This document shows, in pieces, positions 40,793-56,580 of a stretch of DNA of 64,000 nt. The position numbers were made by a program, and so were the translations under genes. Each line of letters starts with the position of its first letter. The first letter of the stretch is position 1. The stretch covers positions 90,954,001-91,018,000 of the forward strand of contig OZ024746.1 in assembly GCA_964016885.1 (NCBI GenBank), given 5' to 3'. This DNA comes from Eledone cirrhosa. Its lineage: Eukaryota. Below the pieces are notes generated by a model, which searched no databases, was not told where the DNA came from, and was given only the letters and a program-made list of their open reading frames with translations.

Positions 40793-40981
40793 ATGAAAAT
40801 GTTCAAGACCTCGACTGCAGAGCTCAAGCCGTTTCGACGGCTATTTCTCAGAAATAGCCGTCGAAACGGCTTGAGCTGTGCCGCGGGGTTGAAAATTTTC
40901 CTATTACCCACTCTACAACCATAAGTATTGAGTACTCTGGTGCGTTATGGTCCATCTGGTTCCTTACACACTTCCTTCATT
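40793..40981 (+). mobile_element. Palindrome-plus-tail element, copy 3 (diverged arms)
   Basis: agctcaagccgtttcgacggctatttct-c-agaaatagccgtcgaaacggcttgagct plus tail. Confidence 0.85.
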
Positions 40982-41185
40982 ATATATATATTTATTTTGT
41001 TTGACCCGTTTAGCTAGCCTCGTTTTTTGGGCTTAGGTGGTCGATAGCTTCTTAACCGCCGTCTCAGTTTGTATGGTCTTTATAACATATGTTTTATGCT
41101 CTGGTCTCTTTTGGTCCATGGAGCGCTTGCCAACACAAATCGGAAATTACGTTTCGCTTATTTTCTACCCGCCGAAATACGCTAA

Positions 41186-41313
<128 letters not shown>

Positions 41314-41531
41314 TTATTTATAGTATGTATGTATGTATGTTTGATACCATATATGGTTAAAACGGAAATGAATCTAAGTCATGATAATTCTCTGATTAGA
41401 TGATTCGAAGAGATTAAAACCATGAATGCCGCCAGGATATTTCTAACTGTCAAATGATATAATTACAGTATCATAAATCAAACGACATGTAACACCTGCT
41501 AAGATTGTCATTATATAAACATATATACCTA

Positions 41532-41870
<339 letters not shown>

Positions 41871-41915
41871 GACGTAAAATAAGAGAATTTAAAAAATTAA
41901 CTTACTAAAATTTTC

Positions 41916-41997
41916 ACTCCAACTAATTAGTTTCTGTAAGGGAATAAATATAGTTACGCAACGCAACTATAGAGAAGTCCTTACGTCATCAGGGAGT
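41916..41997 (-). ncRNA. Type I hammerhead ribozyme
   Basis: ACUCC-CUGAUGA-CGUAAGG...CCUUACA-GAAA-CUAAUUAG-UU^GGAGU; first stem II pair is a C-A mismatch. Confidence 0.75.
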
Positions 41998-42433
41998 CTA
42001 TTCTCAGCTAGGTTCCCAGGCAATGCGCGGACACTAGGAACCCATATAAAAATAATAATTCAGTGGATGGAATAAAGCTAGCGGGGACTAAATTCCAGGG
42101 TACTGAAAAAATTCACTGCCTACTTGGTCAGTGGCAAATTCTAAAGAATCAATCACGTGACACTGACGTTAATCAGTGAGGAGTGGGGTGATATTATGAC
42201 AAGAGCCTAACTACTACCATGAACCATAGCAGTAAAGTTCGGCAAGTTTTGCTCAACAAATAATTTGGAGATAAATATAGAGAATTAGTATATCTACCAA
42301 CATATGTATACAGATGTATACCCATGCAAGCAAATATATATGTTATGTCTTAGTAGCTTTGTGGTTCTATGCAGGGGGATGCAGAACAATTATATGAAAG
42401 ACGTAAAATAAGAAAATTTTAAAAATTAACTAA

Positions 42434-42647
42434 GTCGAAGGAGTAAAACCAGCAAAAGTCAGCAGTGGCGTCCCACAAGGCACTGTGTTAGGCCCACTTC
42501 TTTTCATCATTTACATTAATGACATCACTGAAATTATCAAGCACAGCAACATAAGAATTTTCGCAGATGATTCCAAGCTCCAAAGAGTCATCAATGAGGT
42601 GGGTGACCGGACTTGTCTTCAGTCAGACCTACTGGCTGTTATCCAAT
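42434..42647 (+). pseudogene. CR1/L2/Jockey-group reverse transcriptase core fragment
   Basis: Manual translation [38 protein letters not shown]. Confidence 0.85.
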
Positions 42648-43609
42648 GTTAATAATAATCTCTGCCATTTTCGTTCTACTAATTTATTTACATCCGAGGT
42701 TAACTTTGCCTTTCATCCTTACGAGGCCGATAAAATAAAGTACCAGTAATGCTCTGGGACAATTGCTGGCCTTGTGCCAAAAGTAGAAACAATTATTCTT
42801 AACTCCGAAGCCGAGAATCATTCGGTTTCCTCAATAGAATATTAGTCTACGACTACATTTATGCATTAAACGTGGTTTTGTCCACATAAAGACGTATTAT
42901 CTTCGCTTTTTCCCGTTCATTGCCAGAGAACGTCTTCACGAACCAAAGTATCGTCTTCCAGTTTTACTTCGGTTGGAACGTTTTTCGAAATATTTACTTC
43001 TGCGTTCACAGATTGATTCTTTTAGTTTCAGAAGATCCCGTTAAGGGTGAAAGCAGCGATTCTTTGCTTAAACTTTAATCTGTTATTTTAATAAATATTT
43101 GCTCTAGGGTTCTTATATATTTGATATATATTTATCCTTATCGAGCCTTCTTTGGACTTTAGTTTCCCATTTATTATTATTAATATATGTGAAGGGCCCC
43201 TAGCCTTTGTCAGGTCATTCTTCTAGGAGAAGGCAACTCAAGAAACTGGGATAACTCCGATATAAAACATGCAGCTCGGTAGTTACCGATGATGTTGATC
43301 TTTTCTTCTTTTCGGGTTATAGTTACTGTCGCTCAGAGAGTGGGATTGGCTCAGTGCACAGTCTTTCCTCACTTTAAAAAATATCTTCACGCACAGGCAT
43401 TGCAAGATAGAATTAATTAATAATTATTAATAATGGTATATCGTGCAATGGCCATACTCGATAACGAGGGGGCAGTCATCATATATATATATATATCGGC
43501 CTGCCCGCTCAGCCAGTGGGATGGCGTCATCGTATGGCTAAAACAGCAACGTGCTGTGACCAGCGGCGCCGATTGGCGCCCGACCGCGTGGTCGGTCAAG
43601 GTGATCAAG

Positions 43610-43648
<39 letters not shown>

Positions 43649-43972
43649 GAGTATGTACACGTACATACATATATGTATACAGACGTACAGTAGTATGTAT
43701 ATATATATATACATACATGCACACATATATATATGCACGTATGGATTCACCGAACATTTATTATAATGCTCGGTGTGTTTGTAAACAAACATCCCGTATT
43801 AAGCCGTAGTGTTCAGCAACCATCGTTGCTCGTTTGCATGTATGTATATATATATATATATATATACATACTACTGTTCGTCTGTATACATATATGTATG
43901 TACGTGTACATACTTATATTTAAGTAACAGCCGTACTAAGAGTGGGAAATGAAATTTCGTTTCATTTTTTCC

Positions 43973-44068
<96 letters not shown>

Positions 44069-44119
44069 TTGTTTTGCCCTTACCAAGTATAAAAAAATTA
44101 TATATTATATATATTATAT

Positions 44120-44150
<31 letters not shown>

Positions 44151-44345
44151 GTATATTATATATATATTATATTATATATATATAATACATATATATATAT
44201 ATATATTATATATATATTATATATATATATTATATATATATTATATATATATCTATTATATATATATCATATATATATCTATTATATATATATTATATAT
44301 ATATCTATTATATATATATAATAGATATATATATATATTATATTA

Positions 44346-44550
44346 TAACGAAGGAAAAGTGGTAAGGAACCAGGTGGACCATAACACACCAAAGTACTCA
44401 ATACTTAGAGTAGTAGAGTGGTTAATAGGAAGAAGTAAGACCCCGACGGCTGAGCTCAAGCCGTTTCGACGGCTAATTCTGGACTAATTGCGTCCAGAAT
44501 TAGCCGTCGAAACGGCTTGAGCTCAGCCGTCGGGGTCTTACTTGTTCCTA
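44346..44550 (-). mobile_element. Palindrome-plus-tail element, copy 4 (reverse orientation)
   Basis: Tail 44346-44425, palindrome 44426-44550. Confidence 0.9.
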
Positions 44551-44575
44551 TATTGTATTATATATATATTATATA

Positions 44576-44631
<56 letters not shown>

Positions 44632-44874
44632 TATATTACATATATATTATATCTATATATATTATATATATATATGTATCAGTAGAGGGTAGGACGCCAT
44701 GCTTTCCAGCATAGTTACGTCCCTTTACGATCTGAGTTCAAATCCCGCCGAGGTTGACTTTGCCTTTCATCCTTACGGGGTCGATAAAATAAAGTACCAG
44801 TAATGCACTGGTAAATTGCTGGCCTTGTGCCTAAAGTAGAAACAATTATATATATATAAGTTATATTATATATG

Positions 44875-44943
<69 letters not shown>

Positions 44944-44970
44944 ATATATATTATATATATTATATATATT

Positions 44971-45001
<31 letters not shown>

Positions 45002-45082
45002 TATATATATTATATATATTATATATATACATATATATATTACATATATATATTATATATATATTATATATATATATATATA

Positions 45083-45514
45083 CTAGCAGTGGTACCCGGC
45101 GGTGCACGGGATAAGATATTTTGGAACGCGGGCCGCCAACAGACCTAATCGTGGAAAAACTGCATGCCTGGACAATATGTTAAGAAATTAAACCAAATAC
45201 TCTGATGACTGGATAATCTTTAAGATTTTCCGCGATGAAGCAGGAAAAATGCAGGTTAACCTAATGCGGGCCCTAGGGGATCAAGAAAATGAATTTTTTT
45301 ATGTGACTAATATGCCTTGAAATTTCGGGAAAATCGGCTAGACGTAACGCCTCGAAGAATCCCTAAAAAGCTGAAAAAATGAAATTTTTCACCTAATGCG
45401 GGCCCTAGGGGATCAAAGTAATACACATGTAAAGTTTGAAACATAAGTAATACACATGTAAAGTTTGAAAAAAATTGGTTGGGTACTTCTCGAGTTTTAG
45501 GGATTGAAACTCAG

Positions 45515-45581
<67 letters not shown>

Positions 45582-45875
45582 GACATCCTCAGGGAAGTGA
45601 CGTAATGCAGACAGTCAGACATACAGACAGATATTATAAAGGCGCGACGTTATATGTATGTATCTATCTAAAAAGAGAAAGACTAAGAATTATAGAGAGT
45701 GATCGCTAAATCGCCCAATGCAGTCCCTAGGGCATTGAAAATTCGAATTTCTTTTTGCTCAGAACACTCCCTGAAACATAAGTATTACATGTGTAAAGTT
45801 TGAAAACAGTCAGTTTGAGTATTTCTCGAGTTTTAGGGATTCAAACTCACACACACACAGACAGACATCCTGAAT
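45083..45875 (-). mobile_element. Non-autonomous Helitron, second copy of 25338-26257
   Basis: ctagcagtggtacccggcggtgcacggg end; colinear similarity. Confidence 0.75.
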
Positions 45876-45956
45876 TTTTAATATTTTTTTAAGACGCTTT
45901 AAACCGAACTCGCGCATTTCAAGTTCGTGTGAAAAGCGAACAGACAGTAAGTGTGT

Positions 45957-45994
<38 letters not shown>

Positions 45995-47003
45995 TATATG
46001 ACTGTATATGCACACATACACCCTCACCCTCACACGACACAGACTTTTTGTATGATGTTAAGGTTTTCACCATGTTTTTATTTATACTTTACCCTTGAGA
46101 ATCTATCCTATCTTCTCATACTAAGGACGCTATATAACTTCCTTGTTTTTCTGCTACAATTGTTGTTTACCTTGTTTCAACCTCTGTTTATAAATCCCTC
46201 TAAAATATTGCCATTTCTGTCCTCTAATTTGTTTTAAAATCAGTTGCTTTATCGTGAAGTCTAATCGTTACAGATTTCAAATAAAGCAGAATAAAGCAGG
46301 TGTTTATATTGTCATAGATATTACTGAGACGTGGGGAAAACAGAAGCATGCTATCAGCTCTCAACAACTTAATGTTCTACAAAAGCAATGTATGACAGAT
46401 TAGTCTCCCTTTACCAGACTTTCACTTCAAAACTCTCTCCACCCACAACGAGTGAGATGGAGTTTTCATAATCTCCGATTTTGTTTAGCTCTTTTCGTAA
46501 TTTCTACTTCGACATTCTTTTTTTTTTTTCTCTTCTTTCTCTATTCTTTTTTCCTTTGTTTCTTTTCTTTTTTTCTTTTGCTTCTTTTTCTCCTTTCATC
46601 CAGCCTTCATCTACCCATATCGTCTGACATGATTTTAGTTTCCACTATATATGTTTCATTCAACTCGCTAGCACAAACGCAATCAGGCATACACACACAC
46701 AGACACGAGTATGTGTTGGTAAAGCCTGTGCATTCATGCAGATACGGTCGCACAACGCGCGCGCACAGACACACACACACACACTCATACACACACTCAC
46801 ACACGCTCACACACGCTCATACACACTCATACACATGTACAGTAAATACACACACGCACGCACACATATACACAAACACGCACACATATATACGCACACA
46901 CCCATTCACATGTACAGTAAATGCACAGATGCTCACTTGCGTGTGTACATATACATACACACACACATGCACACATGTATATATATATACATACACACAC
47001 ATC

Positions 47004-47070
<67 letters not shown>

Positions 47071-47113
47071 ATGTATATATATATATATGTGTGTGTGTGT
47101 GCATGTGTGTGTA

Positions 47114-47205
<92 letters not shown>

Positions 47206-47374
47206 CATACACACACACATGCACACACACATGCATACAGACACACACACATATTTCTCCAGGAATTCGTATCGTGCTTGTTTGGAGTTTCCATATGCCC
47301 AAAAAGTTAATGTTTCTCAACTGATTCAGAAGTTATCAACCATCTTTCGCATCATATATATATATATATATGTG

Positions 47375-47414
<40 letters not shown>

Positions 47415-47419
47415 TACAC

Positions 47420-47467
<48 letters not shown>

Positions 47468-47688
47468 GGAACGATCGACTTTCGTCAAATCGGACCGAGA
47501 GAACAATGTTTCCGTTGGTCTTTCCAATTGCTAATACTATCTATCCGTCGCAACTCCAGGTAGAAGGAGCAACGTGAAATAAAGTGTCTTGCTCAAGGAC
47601 ATAACGCATCGCCTGGTCCAGGAATCGAACTCACAACCTTACGATTGCGAATCCAATTCTCTAACTACTCAGCAACACGCCTTCTATA

Positions 47689-47721
<33 letters not shown>

Positions 47722-47723
47722 CG

Positions 47724-47759
<36 letters not shown>

Positions 47760-47793
47760 TTTATAAATATATATATATATGTATATATATATG

Positions 47794-47833
<40 letters not shown>

Positions 47834-47871
47834 AATATATATATATATATATGTATATATATATGTATGAA

Positions 47872-47908
<37 letters not shown>

Positions 47909-47910
47909 TA

Positions 47911-47955
<45 letters not shown>

Positions 47956-47987
47956 AATATATATATATATATGTATATATATATGTA

Positions 47988-48030
<43 letters not shown>

Positions 48031-48032
48031 TA

Positions 48033-48071
<39 letters not shown>

Positions 48072-48411
48072 CGTATATATATATAAATATATATGTATAA
48101 GAGAGTATTGAAGATTGCTTGAAGCATTGTGGAATAATGAGGTAAATTTCTTTAAGTCGTTTGGAAGCCCCTACAATGCAGATGGGTAAATCTCCGGGTA
48201 ACAAGATCCGGTGGTAGAGAGAGAGATGTAAGTGGGTGTACGTTGAGATGCGTGGCGTGTATAAGACTCTAGCGTGTAGAGGAATGAAGCAAAGAGCGTA
48301 AAGGATAAAAATAAAAATAACAACACGAGAAAGAGTTACCTTGGGAGAGATTTAATTGTCCCTATATATTTCGGATTCACATCCATCTACTGGGATTTTT
48401 TTGTATATATG

Positions 48412-48458
<47 letters not shown>

Positions 48459-48483
48459 ATATATATATATACGTATATATATA

Positions 48484-48567
<84 letters not shown>

Positions 48568-48721
48568 TATATATATATGTATATATATATATGTGTGTGT
48601 TTGTGTGTGTGCGCGTTGTGTGTGTGTATGTATGTGTATATATATATATGTGTGTGTGTGTGGGTATGTATCAACCATCTTTCACCTCATCGATAAATTA
48701 GCATTTATTTTACTTTTTATG

Positions 48722-48769
<48 letters not shown>

Positions 48770-48999
48770 ATTTATATTTTTAAATATACATTTATTTATT
48801 GCTATATTTATTCAGTCTCACTTACAGGGAAAGATGGATAATTTCCTGTGTAAAGAACGATTCAGACAGTAAGATGTGCCTGCTGGCAATCTAGGCTGAT
48901 AAGCTTGCATTATTAATATCTTTACTACAGTAAAATGCACAACTCGAAAGCAAGAACGGATGGCGTGTGAAAATTACAACAGACCGTTTCTCGGGTTGT

Positions 49000-50058
49000 G
49001 ATTGCGGGGGTGGTGGTCGTCGTGGTGGTGGTGGTTGTGTGTAGTGGTGGTGGTGGTGGTGGTGGTGGTGGTTGCGGTGGTTGTGTGTGGTGGTGGTGGT
49101 GTTGTTGTTATTGTTGTTGGTGGTGGTGGTGGTTGGTGGGGTGGTTGGTTGATAGGTTGGTGGGTTGGTGGGTTGGTTGGCTGGTTAGTTGGTGGGTTGT
49201 TGGGTTGGTGGGTGGGTGGGTTGGTTGATTGGTTGGTTGGTTGGTGGGTTGGTGGGTTGGTTGGTTGGTTGGTTGGTGGGTTGGTGGGTTGGCTGGTTGG
49301 CTGGTTGATGGGTTAGTGGGTTGGTTGGCTGGTTGATTGATTGGTTGGTTGGTGGGTGGGTGGGTTGGTTGATTGGTGGGTTGGTTGGTTGGTGGGTTGG
49401 TTGGTTGGCTGGTTGGTTGATTGGTTGGTTGGTTTGTTGGTGGGTGGGTTGATTGGTAGGTTGGTGGGTTGGTGGGTTGGTTGGTTGGTTAATTGGCTGG
49501 TTGTTTGGTTGGTTGGCTGGTTGGTTGATTGGTCAGTTGATTGGTTGGTTTTTTGGTTGGTTGATTGATTGGTTGTTTGGTTGGTTGCTTGCTTGGCTGG
49601 TTGCTGGGATGGCTGGTTGGTTGGTTGGTTCGGTGGGTGATTGGTTGGTTGGTTGGGTTATCGAGTGATTGGTTGGTAGGTTGTTTGGCTGGTTGGTGGG
49701 TTGGTTGGTTGGTTGGTTGATTGATTGGTTGTTTGGGTGTTTGGTTGGCTGGTCGGTTGGTCGGTTGGTTGGTGGTTTGGTTGGTTGGTTGATTCGTTGG
49801 TTGGTTGGTTGGTTGGTTGTTTGGTTGGTTGGTTGTTTGATGGTTGGTTGGTGGGTTGGTTGGTTGGTTTGTTGGTTGGGTGATTGGTGTGTTGGTTGGC
49901 TGGTTGGTGGTTTGGTTGGTTGGCTGGTTGGTTGGTTGGTGGTTTGATTGGTTGGTTGGTTGGCTGATTGGTTTGATGGTTGGTTGGTTGGTTGGTTGGT
50001 TGGTTGGTTGGTTGGTTGGTTGGTTGGTTGGTTGGTTGGTTGGTTGGTTGGTTGTTGG
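49000..50058. repeat. Degenerate (GGT)n/(GGTT)n microsatellite
   Basis: Direct reading. Confidence 0.95.
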
Positions 50059-50062
50059 TATG

Positions 50063-51781
50063 CCTCGTTTCGACTTTCTCTAAAGATATAGGATTAGAGT
50101 TTAACCAGGATAAATGTTCTTATATGATTGTAAAGCGAGGAAAAACTGCAAGCCAGTCTCGCAACATTTTTATCAATAGCCAAACTGTTTCACTGATATC
50201 TGACGAGCACTGCTACAGATACCTGAGGATTACTGAGAATATTTCTTATGGTGGTATTTGTAATACAGAACGCATAATCAGGGTATATTACACTCGGTTA
50301 AGAAAAGTATGGTCATCGGAACTCTCTTCGCACTATAAAACAGTTGCTGACAATGTGTTTGCTGTGCCTGTCCTAACACCAACGTTTGGAATACTCAATT
50401 GGACGATAGACGAAATCCGAGCAGTTGATGTTGGAACTCGAAAAATACTAAACAACACCGGAAACTTCCACATCAACAGTGACATAGACTGCCTTTACTT
50501 GAAACGTAAGCAGAGGTAGAGGCCTAACATCAGTCCAGACAACATTTGAATGTCGTATCATATCCCTCCGACAACATTTACGAACCACGAAGCGTAGGAT
50601 TCCATCTATTGAGCAAGTCTATCTGCATGAGACTGGTAAGATCATGAGAGTTGGGAAGGAACTCCTCGAGAGATATTCCTTGTGTGATAATCAAAACTCA
50701 AACCCAGGGAAATTACCCAGCAGTACCACAGTCAATCCATGGATGAAAAACTACATGCTTGTCAGCAAAATATCATGCATGGATGTGTTTCCAGGAAGCT
50801 CCAGAGTGAGAGAAATATAGATAAACAAAGCAGTCTATCTTGGACCAACAACCGCTATATTGGCTCCCACTTTGAAAGATACACTTTTGTAATCCAAGAA
50901 CAGGAAATGAATACAAAATACCTGATTCACAAAAGAGATAGGGATGCAGGCAAAACACCTAGATGTGACAACAAGTGCATACGCTGCAGAATTAACATCC
51001 AAGATATCACCCATGTCATAAGCAGCAGTCCACAGATGTCTTCACGGAACTATCTACCTATGAAGCATGATGTAGTGACCAAAACACTGTACAATGCAAT
51101 CCGTAGAAAAGATAGCCCCGATAATAAACACATTAAAAACTACAGCAATGCGGAAGACATACATATACATAATATGAAAGAGTACTGGGGGAATGTTCCA
51201 GTAAAACCCCCAATAAAATGCAGTCATAACAGACCAGCTATAATGATATGGGACAGGGAAAAGAAGGCATGCACAGTAGTGGAAATTAGCTGCCCAGCAG
51301 ATGCCAATATAATATCAAAGATTAGCAAAAAGGAGAATATCTATGCAAAACTAATGAGAAATCTGCAGATACTCCACCCTGAATACACCTTCAGATTTAT
51401 ACCTGTGATTATTGGGGCACTGGGGTATGTTAGTAACTGCCTCAATACAAATCTTGAGAAGCTAGGCTTCACAGAAGCAGGAAGAACACAACTAGTTAAG
51501 AAATTATAAGTACAATCCATTAATGGAACAGTAAATATATGTAAAACATTCCAAAAATTCTGCATCTAATAACTGCATATACACTTGTACAGATACAAAG
51601 CATATACACATGCACACATACAACTCAAAACATACAGTAACATCCATATCTGCACACACATGCATGCAGACATACATACATATCTACCTAATTGATGTTG
51701 TGTAAATTCCAATGTGAGAGTCTTGTATCTATGTTAGAAACCGACTCTCTCTCTCTATTGGCAAACATTTGTGAAATTATA
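50063..51781 (+). mobile_element. 5'-truncated R4/Dong-like LINE, family B (decayed)
   Basis: [57 protein letters not shown]; frameshifts. Confidence 0.85.
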
Positions 51782-52006
51782 CATACGAACATGCGTACAT
51801 GCATACATACATATACACATACATGCATATATATATACTCACATACATACATACATATATACGTACATACATACATACATACATACATACATACATACAT
51901 ACATACATACATACATACGTACATACATACATACATACATACATACATACATACAACCAACAATAAATGGGTATTTTCATATTTTTTGCTCCCAGCTATC
52001 TAAAAG

Positions 52007-52056
<50 letters not shown>

Positions 52057-53525
52057 ACACGTGTGGCTTTGTGTGTGTGTACGTACACGTGTGGCTTTGT
52101 GTGTTTTTGTATGTGTATGTGAGGGTGTATGGGGTGCATGTGTGTGTGTGTGAGTGTGTGTGTGTGTGCATGTGTGACTGTATTCGTGTGTGTACGTGCA
52201 TGTGGGAGTGTGCATGTGTGTGGGGGGGGGGCATGTGGATGTTTACATATATCTACATGTATGTGTGTGTGTGCATGTGTATGTGTATGTGTATGTATGT
52301 GTATGTGTGTATGTATGTGTAGATGTATGTGTGTATGTGTGTGTATGTGTGTGTGTATGTATGTATGTATGTATGTATGTATGTATGTGTGTGTATGTAT
52401 GTATGTATGTATGTATGTGTGCATGTATGTATGTATGTATGTGTATGTATGTGTGTGTGTATGTATGTGTGTATGTATGTATGTATGTGTATGTATATGT
52501 GTGTATGTATATGTGTGTATGTATATATGCATGCATGTATGTATGCATGTATTTATGTATGTATGTATGTATGTGTGTATGTGTGTGTATGTGTGTGTAT
52601 GTATGTATGTGTGTGTATGTATGTGTGTGTGTGTGTGTGCTGGCGTTATTTCAGTTAAGCTGACCGATTAAACTGAACAATTTGTTAATGAATTATTAAG
52701 GAGGGGGGGGGTAGTGATGAGAGGGAGGGGTGAGGGGGGTAGTGATGAAAGAGGGAGGGGGATAGTGATCAGGGAGTGAGGGAAGAGGAATAGTGATGAG
52801 AGAGGGGGAGAGGGGGAATAGTGATTGGGAGAGGGATGGGGAATAGTGATGAGGGAGAGGGAGGGGGGAGGGGGATAGTGATGGGCTAGAGGAAGAGGGG
52901 TGAGAGGGGGGAATAGTGATAGAAGTGTGAGAGAGAGAGAGGGGGGTAGGAAGGGGAGTAAAAAGTATTAATCATGGCTAAAAACAAAAAAAGGAAATAT
53001 TTGAGCTAAGAACAATGTTTAAGATGTCTTCTAGCAAGACATCTCCCTAGATTCTATCACTGGTGGCCATCTTTTCTTGCTCTCTTGAAATCAGAGATAA
53101 AAAGGAATCATAAATGCTTCTCTTGAAATAATTTTTAACTGAACCTAGAAATTGTGACCTTTCTAATTACAATCTTAACAAAAAGAGAAAATAAACTCAT
53201 CTCTGATAGAAATGTTTGCAGATTTGCTGAAATATGAAAATTACCAAAACATTTTCTTATTGCTTATTATTCTTTTTTCAATATTCTGTTTCTTCTTTTC
53301 CTTTAATTCCCTTCCCTTTTTTTCCTCTATGTTGTCTTCTTGTCTTTCTCTTCTCATCTATTTCTCCTTCTTCTCTATGTAAATGCACATTTCTCTTTAA
53401 ATAAACATTTTTTGTTGTTGCAAATATAAACGATAGTTCGCAGTGTATCTTAAAATTTCTTTTATTCTCTCAGAACAGATTTATCAAATTCTATTTGTGT
53501 ATTCAATCTTATAAGCTATAATGTG

Positions 53526-53564
<39 letters not shown>

Positions 53565-53565
<1 letters not shown>

Positions 53566-53684
53566 AGGAAAAAGTACGACCCCGATGGCAGAGCTCAAGC
53601 CTTTTCGACGGCTATTTCTGGACTAGTACAGAAATAGCCGTCGAAAAGGCTTGAGCTCTACCGTCGGGGTCATACTTTTTCCTA
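53565..53684. mobile_element. Palindrome element, copy 5 (no tail)
   Basis: TAggaaaaagta..tactttttccTA, 120 bp, in TA-rich flanks. Confidence 0.9.
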
Positions 53685-53999
53685 TATATATATATATATA
53701 TATTTATTTATTTATTTATTTATTTATTTATTTTATTGTTTATTTATTGTCTTCTTAAATGTCGTACTGACACGAGAAAGGCGGAAGTCGCTCTTCTAAC
53801 TTATTTCGTAATTTCAATGGCTTAAAGGCGTTATGTCGGAGTTATATATCAAGTAGTACTGAAGACAACATTGACAAAGTTTAAAGAAAAATTACTTGTT
53901 TATCTGAGTGGGAAACGACTGCTTTCATTTGAAACCATTTCAGAGTGGTTTATATCTTACTAATAGAAACAATAAGACTCACTCAGAAGATATAGGAGA

Positions 54000-56040
54000 A
54001 ATACACACATAGACATAGATACACATACATACATACACATAGACATAGACACACACATACACACACATAGACATAGACACACACATAGACACACATAAAC
54101 ATAGACACACACATACACACACATAGACACACATATACACACACATAGACACACACATAGACACACATAGACATAGACACACACATACACACACATAGAC
54201 ATAGGCACACACATACACACACATAGACATAGACACACACATACACACACATAGACACACATAGACACACACATAGACACACATACACACACATAGACAC
54301 ACACATAGACACACACATGCACACACATAGACACACACATAGACACACATAGACACACATACACACACATAGACACACACACATGCACACACATAGACAC
54401 ACACATAGACACACACATACACACACATAGACACACACACACATACACACATAGACACAAACATACACACAAATAGACACACACACATACACACATAGAC
54501 ACGCATAGACACACATAGACACAAACATACACACACATAGACACACACACATACACACACATAGACACACACATACACACACATAGACACACACATAGAC
54601 ACACACATACACACACATATACACACATAGACACACACATACACACAGACACACATAGACACTCACATATACACACATATACACACACAGACACACACAT
54701 ACACACACATAGATACACATAGACACACACATATACACACATATACACACACACATAGACACACACACACACATAGACACACACAGATACACACATAGAC
54801 ACACATAGACACACACACACACGTACACACATAGAACCACACATAGACACACACATACACACACATAGACACACACATAGACACACACATAGACACACAC
54901 ATAGACACACACATACACACACATAGACACACACATAGACACACACAGACACACACATAGACACACACATAGACACACACATACACACACATAAACACAC
55001 ACATAGACACACACATAGACACACACATACACAGACATAGACACACACACATACACACACATAGAGACACACATACGCACAACACACATACATACACAAA
55101 CCCATACACACACTCACACACACACACATATCCTCTCACAAACACATACACACATATACACGCACACACACACACACAAACTCATACACACACTCACACA
55201 CACATATCCTCTCGCAAACACATACGCGCAAACACACATATACACGCACACACAACACACATATACACGCACACACACACACACAAACCCATACACACAC
55301 ATATCCTCTCACACACACACACACACACGCACAAACACACATATACACGCAGACACAACACACATATACACGCACACACACACACACAAACCCATACACA
55401 CACATATCCTCTCACACACACACACGCACAAACACACATATACACGCAGACACAACACACATATACACGCACACACACACACACAAACCCATACACACAC
55501 ATATCCTCTCACACACACACACGCACAAACACATATACACGCACACACAACACACATATACACGCACACACATACACACAAACCCATACACACACATATC
55601 CTCTCGCACACACACGCGCACAAACACACATATACACGCAGACACAAACACACATATACACGCACGCACGCACACACAAACCCATACACACACTCACACA
55701 CACACATATCCTCTCACAAACACATACACACATATACACGCACACACACACACAAACCCATAAACACACTCACACACGCACACATATCCTCTCGCAAACA
55801 CATACGCACAAACACACATATACACGCACACACAAACACACATACACACACATACACACACACAAACCCATACACACATATCCTCTCACACACACACACA
55901 CGCACAAACACACATATACACGCACGCACAAACACACACCCATACACACACTAACATACAAACACACATATACATGCACACACACTCACCCATACACACA
56001 CTAACATACACACACACATATCCCCCACAAACACACACAC
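54000..56040. repeat. (CA)-rich minisatellite (cacacataga units, then ~70-bp higher-order units)
   Basis: Direct reading. Confidence 0.92.
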
Positions 56041-56069
56041 ACGTAACAAAGATAACAAAAGCAGTTGGA

Positions 56070-56545
56070 AATAAATTGATATTTTCCAAAATTCTTGGTT
56101 TCTGTAAACAGCCGTATGAAATCTTGCCGATAGAAAGTGAAATTCTTCAACCAGTATCCCGTAATGAGGTCTGGGCCTAGTGATTCGACATTTTCTGTAG
56201 AGCTGTTTCCAGTATTGACCCATCTATGTCATATTGTTTTGTCTGGACATGTTGGCAGTAGTCCTGTTCCAGTTCTTTTAGCCAGTTAGTTTGTCTGCTG
56301 AATCCGTCATCCGTTTCCCATACAGATCTCCAGTAGCTATCAACCTGTTCTTTTGAAGGGGTGTCATTTACAGAGATTGAGCTTTTGCCACCGAAACTGC
56401 GATAAACAATCTATTTAGCACTTGTTGTTTATGTGCTGTTGACTTATATTTTAGTCTTTCTGTTGTAGCTGTGAGTTGTTGTTTCAACTGGTGTAATTTG
56501 GAGTTCAAAGTTTTAAATTTTGTATCTCCAAATCGTCTCTAACTT
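56070..56545 (-). pseudogene. R4/Dong-like pre-RT region fragment
   Basis: Manual translation YRSF..TPSKEQVDSYWRSVWE..NWL and, after a frameshift, GPDLITGYWLK. Confidence 0.75.
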
Positions 56546-56580
56546 TTTTTTTGTGCATGTATGTATGAATATATGTATAT

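Noticed and set aside
47465-47530. Possible permuted hammerhead (GAAACAUUGUU..UUGACGA, minus strand)
   Set aside because: Core is imperfect and stems I and II do not pair convincingly
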